A stretch of DNA of 64,000 nt from Ranitomeya imitator (lineage: Eukaryota): positions 22,692,001 to 22,756,000 of the forward strand of contig NC_091291.1 in assembly GCF_032444005.1 (NCBI RefSeq), given 5' to 3'. Made by a program: the position numbers and the translations under genes. The notes beneath the pieces were generated by a model. That model had not been told where the DNA came from. It did not search any database and was given only the letters and a program-made list of their open reading frames with translations. Shown in pieces: positions 13,143 through 23,850 of the stretch (positions are counted from its first letter, which is position 1; the number at the start of each line of letters is the position of its first letter).

Positions 13143-14153
13143 ACTATTATTATTTTGGGCTTGTTGTTTCTATTTTTTATTCATTATTTTGGGAGTATTA
13201 TTTATTTTTATTTTTTTTGCTGGAGGAGTTGTGCCTTCAAATGACACCATTGTTTTGTCATATAAAACAAAAAAAACAAAAAAAAACACAGGCAGAAAAT
13301 ATTAAGTGCAATAATAAAAAATATCACAAAATGCCAATGACTTAAATGTGGCGGCCGGGGATTGATCAGGGCTGGCAGGTGCTGGCTGTGTGGACCCGAC
13401 GTGTGACGCACTATTACATCCTGCGGAGAGAAGGAGTCAATGAGAGGATGTCTCACTACTAAGAAGATCCCAGAGTGGTTGCATGGTCTTCTTAAAGGGG
13501 ATGTCTAGGATTAGAAAAACATGGCTGCCTTCTCGTAAAAATAGCGCTACTCCCACCTGCAGTGATTAGTGCAGAGCAGCCTGGGTGGGAGACATAAAGG
13601 GGATTTTAATCAGAAGTTGGAGCCAAGATGTAACGTAAAACCCGTCACCATCATCAGTGCGTGATGCCGCATCTACGGCCGCCATCTGAGGGGTCTTATA
13701 AAACAGCCCTTTAAGCCTCCCTTCATCCACAATCACATGACTGATAAGGATCATCTCCATCCTGAGTGCTCGTCTGCAGCGGTGACAGCGTCTCCTCAGA
13801 TTCTTCCATCTCCTCCAAAAACAAAAGCTGAAAACTGAGAGAATAAAAGAAGCGGCGGACGAGCGGCGCCATTTCCATACAATCACCTGCAGCTATTGAC
13901 GCCGCCACTCCATCTTCACAAGACGACACTTCATCTGCAGCCGCAGCAGAGGGGAAGCGACAGATCATCGCCCCCGCAGACTCACAGCACAGGGCCCCTC
14001 ATTAGTTCCTAATATCGCTGACGGGAGAAGAATCTCAGAGGCTGAAGGCTGGAAAGCATCGTCACAACCCACATTCATTCATGCAGAAAGCCCCTGGCCG
14101 CTGTGGTCACAAGTCCAAAACCGAGGACCTCGTCTTATGTTGCTGCAGTATTA

Positions 14154-16350
14154 CCTCAGCAAGGCACCTCCCTCCGGCGGACCCAGGCCTCAGCAAGAGC
14201 TCAACCTGGCAGACCCAGGCCTCAGCAAGGCCCTTCCCTCCGGCGGACCCAGGCCTCAGCAAGAGCCCAACCTGGCAGACCCAGGCCTCAGCAAGGCACC
14301 TCCCTCCGGCGGACCCAGGCCTCAGCAAGAGCCCAACCTGGCAGACCCAGGCCTCAGCAAGGCACCTCCCTCCCCCTCCGGCGGACCCAGGCCTCAGCAA
14401 GAGCCCAACCTGGCAGACCCAGGCCTCAGCAAGCCCCCCCCCCTCCCTCCGGCGAACCCAGGCCTCAGCAAGCCCCCCCCCCCCCCCCCCCTCCGGCGGA
14501 CCCAGGCCTCAGCAAGAGCCCAACCTGGCAGACCCAGGCCTCAGCAAGGGCCCCCCCCCCCCCCTGCCTCCGGCGAACCCAGGCCTCAGCAAGCCCCCCC
14601 CCCCCCCCCCCTCCGGCGAACCCAGGCCTCAGCAAGCCCCCCCCCCCCCCCCCTCCGGCGGACCCAGGCCTCAGCAAGAGCCCAACCTGGCAGACCCAGG
14701 CCTCAGCAAGGGCCCCCCCGGCAGACCCAGGCCTCAGCAAGGCCCCTCCCTCCGGCGGACCCAGGCCTCAGCAAGGGGCCCCCCCGGCAGACCCAGGCCT
14801 CAGCAAGGCCCCTCCCTCCGGCGGACCCAGGCCTCAGCAAGGGGCCCCCCCGGCAGACCCAGGCCTCAGCAAGGGGCCCCCCCGGCAGACCCAGGCCTCA
14901 GCAAGGGGCCCCCCCGGCAGACCCAGGCCTCAGCAAGGGGCCCCCCCGGCAGACCCAGGCCTCAGCAAGGGGCCCCCCCGGCAGACCCAGGCCTCAGCAA
15001 GGGGCCCCCCCGGCAGACCCAGGCCTCAGCAAGGGGCCCCCCCGGCAGACCCAGGCCTCAGCAAGGGGCCCCCCCGGCAGACCCAGGCCTCAGCAAGGGG
15101 CCCCCCCGGCAGACCCAGGCCTCAGCAAGGGGCCCCCCCGGCAGACCCAGGCCTCAGCAAGGGGCCCCCCCGGCAGACCCAGGCCTCAGCAAGGGGCCCC
15201 CCCGGCAGACCCAGGCCTCAGCAAGGGGCCCCCCCGGCAGACCCAGGCCTCAGCAAGGGGCCCCCCCGGCAGACCCAGGCCTCAGCAAGGGGCCCCCCCG
15301 GCAGACCCAGGCCTCAGCAAGGGGCCCCCAGGCAGACCCAGGCCTCAGCAAGGGCCCAACCCAGCGGACCCAGGCCTCAGCAAGGGGCCCCCCCGGCAGA
15401 CCCAGGCCTCAGCAAGGGGCCCCCCCGGCAGACCCAGGCCTCAGCAAGGGGCCCCCCCGGCAGACCCAGGCCTCAGCAAGGGGCCCCCCCGGCAGACCCA
15501 GGCCTCAGCAAGGGGCCCCCAGGCAGACCCAGGCCTCAGCAAGGGCCCAACCCAGCGGACCCAGGCCTCAGCAAGGGCCCAACCCAGTGGACCCAGGCCT
15601 CAGCAAGGGCCCAACCCAATGGACCCAGGCCTCAGCAAGGGCCCCCCCCGGCAGACCCAGGCCTCAGCAAGGGGCCCCCCCCGGCAGACCCAGGCCTCAG
15701 AAAGGGCCCAACCCAGCGGACGCAGGCCTCAGCAAGGGCCCAACCCAGTGGACCCAGGCCTCAGCAAGGGCCCAACCCAGCAGACCCAGGCCTCAGCAAG
15801 GGCCCAACCCAGCGGACCCAGGCCTCAGCAAGGGCCCAACCCAGCGGACCCAGGCCTCAGCAAGGGCCCAACCCAGTGGACCCAGGCCTCAGCAAGGGCC
15901 CAACCCAGTGGACCCAGGCCTCAGCAAGGGCCCAACCCGGCAGACCGAAGCCTAATCAAGAGCAGAACCCGGCAGACCAAGGCCTCAGCAAGAACCCAAC
16001 CCGGCAGACCCAGGCCTCAGCAAGGGCCCAACCCGGCAGACCGAGGCCTAATCAAGAGCAGAACCCGGCAGACCAAGGCCTCAGCAAGAACCCAACCCGG
16101 CAGACCCAGGCCTCAGCAAGGGCCCAACCCGGCAGACCGAGGCCTAATCAAGAGCAGAACCCGGCAGACCAAGGCCTCAGCAAGAACCCAACCCGGCAGA
16201 CCCAGGCCTCAGCAAGGGCCAAAGCCAGCAGACCCAGGCCTCAGTAAGGGCCGAAACCGGCGGACCCAGGCCTCAGCAAGGGCCGAAGCCGGCGGACCCA
16301 GGCCTCAGCAAGGGCCGAAGCCGGCGGACCCAGGCCTCAGCAAGGGCCGA
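14154..16350. repeat. C-rich minisatellite, about 32-bp unit cccccccggcagacccaggcctcagcaagggg, ETFB intron 1
   Basis: Direct periodicity; all three plus frames are open because the unit lacks stops. Confidence 0.97.
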
Positions 16351-16758
16351 AGCCAGCAGATAATTACAGTAGGGACAATTATTTCAAGTATTGGGGTCCC
16401 TGCGCCTCAAAACAGGTGCAGCACAGAATTAGGGGCAGGATGAGAACCAGTGGGGACGGAGCTGGAGAAGTGAAATGTGTCTGCACTACGGACTCTGCAG
16501 GAGAGCTGTGACCGGGAAGAAGTCACCATGGCGGACTGGGTCAGATGGAGAAGAGGTGAAAAGTGAAAACCCCAAACCTGGCTCCTCCCACTGGAGCCGC
16601 GCGGAGCTTGTCTGGGAACAAAGTAGGCCAGATCATAAAGCTGCAACTCTGAAGGCTCTGCTCACTTCCCCTTTAAGCAGCTCTACAATGTGAGGAGCCA
16701 TCCAACAGCTTCGGTATCCCAGCTTCCAAAACTGCTGCAAGTATACAGACGTGTCCAG

Positions 16759-19700
16759 CCGCTCCTCCTCCTGACAACCACACACCGCTCCCCTCCTCCT
16801 GACAACCACACACCGGTCCCTCCTCCTGACAACCACACACCGCTCCCCTCCTCCCCCTGACAACCACACACCGCTCCCCCCTCCTCCTGACAACCACACA
16901 CCGCTCCCCCCTCCTCCTGACAACCACACACCGCTCCCCCCTCCTCCTGACAACCACACACCGCTCCCCCCTCCTCCTGACAACCACACACCGCTCCCCC
17001 TCCTCCTGACAACCACACACCGCTCCCCCCTCCTCCTGACAACCACACACCGCTCCCTCCTCCTGACAACCACACACCGCTCCCCCTCCTCCTGACAACC
17101 ACACACCGCTCCCCTCCTCCTCCTGACAACCACACACCGCTCCCCCTCCTGACAACCACACACCGCTCCCCCCTCCCCCTCCTGACAACCACACACCGCT
17201 CCCCCTCCTCCTCCTCCTGACAACCACACACCGCTCCTCTCCCCCTCCTGACAACCACACACCGCTCCCCCCTCCTCCTCCTGACAACCAAACACCGCTC
17301 CCCCTCCTCCTCCTGACAACCACACACCGCTCCCCCCTCCTCCTCCTGACAACCACACACCGCTCCCCCTCCTCCTCCTGACAACCACACACCGCTCCCC
17401 CTCCTCCTGACAACCACACACCGCTCCCCCTCCTCCTCCTGACAACCACACACCGCTCCCCCCTCCTCCTCCTGACAACCACACACCGCTCCCCCCTCCT
17501 CCTCCTGACAACCACACACCGCTCCCCCCTCCTCCTCCTGACAACCACACACCGCTCCCCCCTCCTCCTGACAACCACACACCGCTCCCCCCTCCTCCTC
17601 CTGACAACCACACACCGCTCCCCTCCTCCTCCTGACAACCACACACCGCTCCCCCTCCTCCTGACAACCACACACCGCTCCCCCCTCCTCCTCCTGACAA
17701 CCACACACCGCTCCCTCCTCCTCCTCCTGACAACCACACACCGCTCCCTCCTCCTCCTGACAACCACACACCGCTCCCTCCTCCTCCTGACAACCACACC
17801 GCTCCCTCCTCCTCCTGACAACCACACAACGCTCCCCTCCTCCTCCTGACAACCACACACCGCTCCCCCTCCTCCTCCTGACAACCACACACCGCTCCCC
17901 CTCCTCCTCCTGACAACCACACACCGCTCCCCTCCTCCTCCTGACAACCACACACCGCTCCCCCTCCTCCTCCTGACAACCACACACCGCTCCCCCCTCC
18001 TCCTCCTGACAACCACACACCGCTCCCTCCTCCTCCTGACAACCACACACCGCTCCCCCCTCCTCCTGACAACCACACACCGCTCCCCCCTCCTCCTCCT
18101 GACAACCACACACCGCTCCCCTCCTCCTCCTGACAACCACACACCGCTCCCCCTCCTCCTGACAACCACACACCGCTCCCCCTCCTCCTCCTGACAACCA
18201 CACACCGCTCCCTCCTCCTCCTCCTGACAACCACACACCGCTCCCTCCTCCTCCTGACAACCACACACCGCTCCCTCCTCCTCCTGACAACCACACCGCT
18301 CCCTCCTCCTCCTGACAACCACACAACGCTCCCCTCCTCCTCCTGACAACCACACACCGCTCCCCCTCCTCCTCCTGACAACCACACACCGCTCCCCTCC
18401 TCCTCCTGACAACCACACACCGCTCCCCTCCTCCTCCTGACAACCACACACCGCTCCCCCTCCTCCTCCTGACAACCACACACCGCTCCCCCTCCTCCTC
18501 CTGACAACCACACACCGCTCCCCCTCCTCCTCCTGACAACCACACACCGCTCCTCTCCCCCTCCTGACAACCACACACCGCTCCCCTCCTCCTCCTGACA
18601 ACCACACACCGCTCCCCCTCCTCCTGACAACCACACACCACTCCCCCCTCCTCCTCCTGACAACCACACACCGCTCCCCTCCTCCTCCTGACAACCACAC
18701 ACCGCTCCCTCCTCCTCCTGACAACCACACACCGCTCCCCTCCTCCTCCTGACAACCACACACCGCTCCTCCTCCTCCCGACAACCGCTGCCCTTCTACT
18801 GACAACCACACACCGGTCCCTCCTCCTGACAACCACACACCGCTCCCCTCCTCCCCCTGACAACCACACACCGCTCCCCCCTCCTCCTGACAACCACACA
18901 CCGCTCCCCCCTCCTCCTGACAACCACACACCGCTCCCCCTCCTCCTGACAACCACACACAGCTCCCCCTCCTCCTGACAACCACACACCGCTCCCTCCT
19001 CCTCCTGACAACCACACACCGCTCCCCTCCTCCTCCTGACAACCACACACCGCTCCCTCCTCCTCCTGACAACCACACACCGCTCCCTCCTCCTCCTGAC
19101 AACCACACACCGCTCCCTCCTCCTCCTGACAACCACACACCGCTCCCTCCTCCTCCTGACAACCACACACCGCTCCCTCCTCCTCCTGACAACCACACAC
19201 CGCTCCCTCCTCCTCCTGACAACCACACACCGCTCCCTCCTCCTCCTGACAACCACACACCGCTCCCTCCTCCTCCTGACAACCACACACCGCTCCCCCT
19301 CCTGACAACCACACACCGCTCCCCTCCTCCTCCTGACAACCACACACCGCTCCCCTCCTCCTCCTGACAACCACACACCGCTCCCCCTCCTCCTGACAAC
19401 CACACACCGCTCCCCTCCTCCTCCTGACAACCACACACCGCTCCCCTCCTCCTCCTGACAACCACACACCGCTCCCCCTCCTCCTGACAACCACACACCG
19501 CTCCCCCCTCCTCCTGACAACCACACACCGCTCCAATCCTCCTCCTGACAACCACACACCGCTCCCCCTCCTCCTGACAACCACACACCGCTCCCCTCCT
19601 CCTCCTCCTGACAACCACACACCGCTCCCCTCCTCCTCCTCCTGACAACCACACACCGCTCCCCTCCTCCTCCTGACAACCACACACCGCTCCCCTCCTC

Positions 19701-19770
19701 CTCCTGACAACCACACACCGCTCCCCTCCTCCTCCTGACAACCACACACCGCTCCCCTCCTCCTCCCGAC
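16759..19770. repeat. C-rich minisatellite, 29-36-bp unit ctcctcctgacaaccacacaccgctcccc, ETFB intron 1
   Basis: Direct periodicity with variable (CCT)n; a variant block (caccggtccctcc...) occurs near both 16810 and 18830. Confidence 0.97.
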
Positions 19771-19859
19771 ACCAGAGTTGACATATTGTAATGACGGGGG
19801 CAGTTACCCTCTCCCCGGTGCCCGGCAGCCCTCCGCCTCCTGACCGCCGCACCTCTCAC

Positions 19860-19913
19860 CTTCACTGCATAGTCTATGACCCGCTTGACACCGACCAGGG
19901 CCCGCAGCGCCAT
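19860..19913 (-). CDS. ETFB: ETFB coding exon 1 (MALRALVGVKRVIDYAVK)
   Basis: ATG at 19913, 54 nt, donor gtgaga at 19859; matches ETFB N-terminus VKRVIDYAVK. Confidence 0.96.
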
Positions 19914-19939
19914 GTTTCCTGCAGACCGAATTCAAGCCT

Positions 19940-20370
19940 CTGCGCCGCCAACCAATCAAATCTTTCACATAGCCATCAGCCAATCACGGATCTAAACACT
20001 TTAGCCAATGATAAGACTCGACTTCTAGTGAAATGCGTCACGTGCTCCTACAGCACCAACCAATCACTAAAGAAGACGTCACGTCATTTAGAGGTCAAAT
20101 CAGACTGCTGCGGGGCGGCCATATTTGATTCGGGCAGCGAGAATTTCTGCAGTGCAGACCCACACGTTGAGTCTCAGAGAGAGCAGGTGATGACGATTTG
20201 TGTCTGTCTGTGAGAAGCCGAGGCGGAGGCTATAATATAGCAAATGCTACTAATACTAAAAGCGTCACCTGCCCATTACACTGCTGCGATGATATCCACC
20301 AATCACATTCCAGCTCTCATTTCTCTGCGCCCTTTTGGAAAATGATAGAAGCTCGCTGATTGGTTGCACT
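19940..20370 (-). promoter_or_regulatory. ETFB proximal promoter, TATA-less housekeeping type
   Basis: CCAAT at 19952, 19980, 20005, 20060, 20299 and ATTGG at 20359; GTCACGTG E-box 20037-20044; GACGTCACGTCA CRE-like 20075-20086; GGGGCGG 20112-20118; GCCATATTT YY1-like 20118-20126; directly upstream of the ETFB ATG. Confidence 0.7.
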
Positions 20371-20779
20371 TCACAGCTGCCTCACTTTCCGCTCATGCTT
20401 GTTTTGACATACTTTTGCAAGTTTTTTTTTTTTTTTTGTAATTTACCAATAAGGACAAACAAAACACAGGTGAAATACAAAAATTAACCCCTGTGTGCCC
20501 GTCAGGAGATATTAAAGCCGTAACGGTCTCGTACAAGCAAATATATAAACCTATAAAAAAAATGTGCAAAAGTCAGACCTCAAAGTACAAAAAAAATACC
20601 AAACTTTATTAGAAGTACAATTAACAAGAAACAACAATGATGGTGATGTATACCAATGTAAAAAAGTGGCGTGTTTGACATTGTTCCCGTGATACTCTAT
20701 CTCTAATGTGGCATAATAGCATCTACAAAACGAATAAAACGAATCAAGCTACATTTCCTCAGGTCCGATGGTGCCAGGT

Positions 20780-20821
20780 CCCCTACGCGCGTTTCGGCTG
20801 CGTGTGCCGTCTTCCGTGGGG
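20780..20821 (-). ncRNA. Minimal hammerhead-ribozyme-like motif with degenerate core, Penelope 3' UTR
   Basis: CCCC-A-CGGAAGA-C-GGC-acacgca-GCC-GAAA-CGCGCG-TA-GGGG: stem I CCCC/GGGG, stem II GGC/GCC, palindromic stem III; core has CGGAAGA in place of CTGANGA. Confidence 0.45.
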
Positions 20822-22113
20822 AGTGGCATCATCAGATCACTGACCGGATTAAATAGTGCTCCCGCCCAATCAAATTAAATTAAAATGCTTCGCGTCATCT
20901 GGCCGCCTCCTTATTGCGGCGCATGCTCCGACCGCCGCCAAGAGACCCGAGTCCTCCACGGCGTCATCAGGTAGCCCCGCCCACACGAACGCCCATCCAG
21001 GCGATCACCTGAGACGCCAGCGGACAACGCACAGCCAAGTGGCGAGGGGCGCGCACGCGCACAGAGGCAGGCCACACACGGAGCGATGCCACCATAATCA
21101 AGCAGGTAATAATTAACCCCAGATTCTAAATTTGACCCAAGCGTCACATATGAATAGCGGACAAGAGATGACAATACTAGAATCTCCCAACAATACACAC
21201 AAACATATACCAATTACTATAACAAGTGAAATTATACAATGTGAATATAAATATACAACACATTTAATAAGTGCAATGTATCAGAAATAATTAATATAAT
21301 ATCCTAAATATCAATATTCTAATATCATCCAAACAATAATCATACATTAAAAATTCATATATAATGAACATCATAACACATATATGGATATATAAAGTGC
21401 AAAACTACTGACAATATAATACTTTGAAAGTGAACCACATACATTTATGTACAACATGGTAGAAAACACCATACCAACACATATATATATATATATATAT
21501 TTTATAAAAAAAAATACAAATTAATTATAAAGTGCATATAGTAGGGAAATCTTCCATTTTCGTCCAGCTTCATTCACAGCTCGCAAAAAGTAAAAAAAAA
21601 AAAACACATGGCGGAGGCTGAAAAATAGCAGAAAATCATTAAAATCAATATAAAAACAATAAACGTTAAAATCCAATGAACCGCATATATATTAAAAAAA
21701 AGCAACCACATTAAAGAAAAGGTGCAAAGCTCAAAGTTTCGTTTAAACCGTCAGGTTTCAAGGTGCGGAGTTCCCAAATCCAACGGGATTCTTTTTGAGC
21801 CAAGGCTTTGCTCACATTACCCCCCCATGGATTCAGAGGGATGCAATCTATCCCCTTTACCCTCAAGCAAGAAGGATCAATGGCATGAAACTGTTTGAAG
21901 TGCCTCGGGACACTTTTTAATACCTCCAAATTATCTTCTTCTTTCCCAGCAAGGATATCCATCACGTGTTCTCTGATTCGTATCTTCAGGGCTCTTGTGG
22001 TCAACCCTACATAGATTTTAGTACACGTACAATACGCGTAGTAAACTACCGCAGTGGTAGTACACGTTATTGTTTGTGTAATTTTAAATTTTCGTCCATC
22101 CGAAGATACGAAT

Positions 22114-23850
22114 TGTCACGTCCGCTCGATCAGTCACGTCCGCACATACTTACCTGCCTTCTCCCATCCCTCGGCGCACTCCCGATCCTGTCCCTCGCCG
22201 CTCTGCCTCTTCTTTTGCTGGCTCACGGCGTCTGGTGTCTTTGCGCATGCGCGGTCGCGTCTCCTCCGTCGCTGAGCCTTCTGGGAGGTCGCAACCCGAT
22301 GGCTCCGCCCCAACATGGCGGCGCCCATCGGGTATTTCTTCCCGACGTCTTTCCAGGTAAGACGCCTTTGCTTTGTAGGTGCTCTGTCTGCTGTCAGCTT
22401 TCCTATGCCCTAGGCTCCCTAGTCTTAGTATCTCTTCCCTGCTTAGTTCTTTCTGTGTCTCTTCTCAGTGTTCCTGCCGTGTCCTGCCAAGTCCTGTGTT
22501 CCTGTCGTGTCCTGCCTAGTTCCGTGTTCCTGCCGTGTCCTGCCTAGTTCCGTGTTCCTGCCGTGTCCTGCCAAGTTCCGTGTTCCTGTCGTGTCCTGCC
22601 AAGTTCCGTGTTCCTGCCGTGTCCTGCCAAGTTCCGTGTTCCTGTCGTGTCCTGCCTAGTTCCGTGTTCCTGTCGTGTTCTGCCTAGTTCCGTGTTCCTG
22701 TCGTGTCCTGCCTAGTTCCGTGTTCCTGTCGTGTCCTGCCTAGTTCCGTGTTCCTGTCGTGTCCTGCCAAGTTCCGTGTTCCTGCCGTGTCCTGCCAAGT
22801 CCTGTGTTCCTGCCGTGTCCTGCCTAGTTCCGTGTTCCTGCCGTGTCCTGCCAAGTCCTGTGTTCCTGCCGTGTCTTGCCTAGTTCCGTGTTCCTGCCGT
22901 GTCCTGCCAAGTCCTGTGTTCCTGCCGTGTCCTGCCTAGTTCCGTGTTCCTGCCGTGTCCTGCCAAGTTCCGTGTTCCTGCCGTGTCCTGCCAAGTCCTG
23001 TGTTCCTGCCGTGTCCTGCCTAGTTCCGTGTTCCTGCCGTGTCCTGCCAAGTTCCGTGTTCCTGCCGTGTCCTGCCAAGTCCTGTGTTCCTGCCGTGTCC
23101 TGCCTAGTTCCGTGTTCCTGCCGTGTCCTGCCAAGTTCCGTGTTCCTGCCTAGTTCCGTGTTCCTGTCGTGTCCTGCCTAGTTCCGTGTTCCTGCTGTGT
23201 CCTGCCAAGTCCTGTGTTCCTGCCGTGTCCTGCCTAGTTCCGTGTTCCTGCCGTGTCCTGCCTAGTTCCGTGTTCCTGTCGTGTCCTGCCTAGTTCCGTG
23301 TTCCTGCTGTGTCCTGCCAAGTCCTGTGTTCCTGCCGTGTCCTGCCTAGTTCCGTGTTCCTGCCGTGTCCTGCCAAGTCCTGTGTTCCTGCCGTGTCCTG
23401 CCTAGTTCCGTGTTCCTGCCGTGTCCTGCCAAGTCCTGTGTTCCTGCCGTGTCCTGCCTAGTTCCGTGTTCCTGCCGTGTCCTGCCAAGTCCTGTGTTCC
23501 TGCCGTGTTCTGCCTAGTTCCGTGTTCCTGCCGTGTCCTGCCTAGTTCTGTGTTCCTGCCGTGTCCTGCCTAGTCCTGAGTTCCTGCCGTATCCTGCTTC
23601 GTCCCGTGTTCCTGCCGTATTCAGCTAAGTCCTGTATTCCTGTTGTTCCCCACCAGTCCTATAGCTCTGTGGTCTCTCTCTCTCTCTCGGGTCGTCCCTT
23701 TGGCTCTAGCTGTTGTGTCTCCATTCCCCCGAGGTCCTGCTCCTAACACTCCCTGTATAGGGGGTGGTTCCATCTGGTCCGCTCGACCCCGGGAGCTCTA
23801 GAGTCACGACCCAGAGGGTCCACTCTCGGATTCCTTTCCGAATCCTTACA
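22114..23850. mobile_element. Solo LTR nested in the Penelope ORF
   Basis: TGTCA...TTACA termini flanked by identical 5-bp TSD CGAAT (22109-22113 and 23851-23855); no coding capacity. Confidence 0.85.
22470..23640. repeat. 28-bp tandem repeat inside the solo LTR (gtgtcctgccaagttccgtgttcctgcc and variants)
   Basis: Direct periodicity. Confidence 0.95.

Noticed and set aside
13723-13968. Acidic 81-aa ORF as an alternative ETFB exon
   Set aside because: An acceptor-like tract exists, but I found no convincing donor, phase match or similarity.
14081-16443. 624-768-aa Pro/Gln/Gly-rich ORFs resembling salivary proline-rich or collagen-like proteins
   Set aside because: Three frames are open at once and the 32-bp unit is not a multiple of 3; antisense within ETFB intron 1.
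16633-19913. 1076-aa ORF beginning with the ETFB N-terminus
   Set aside because: Only the first 18 codons are exon 1; the rest reads through the GT donor into a satellite.
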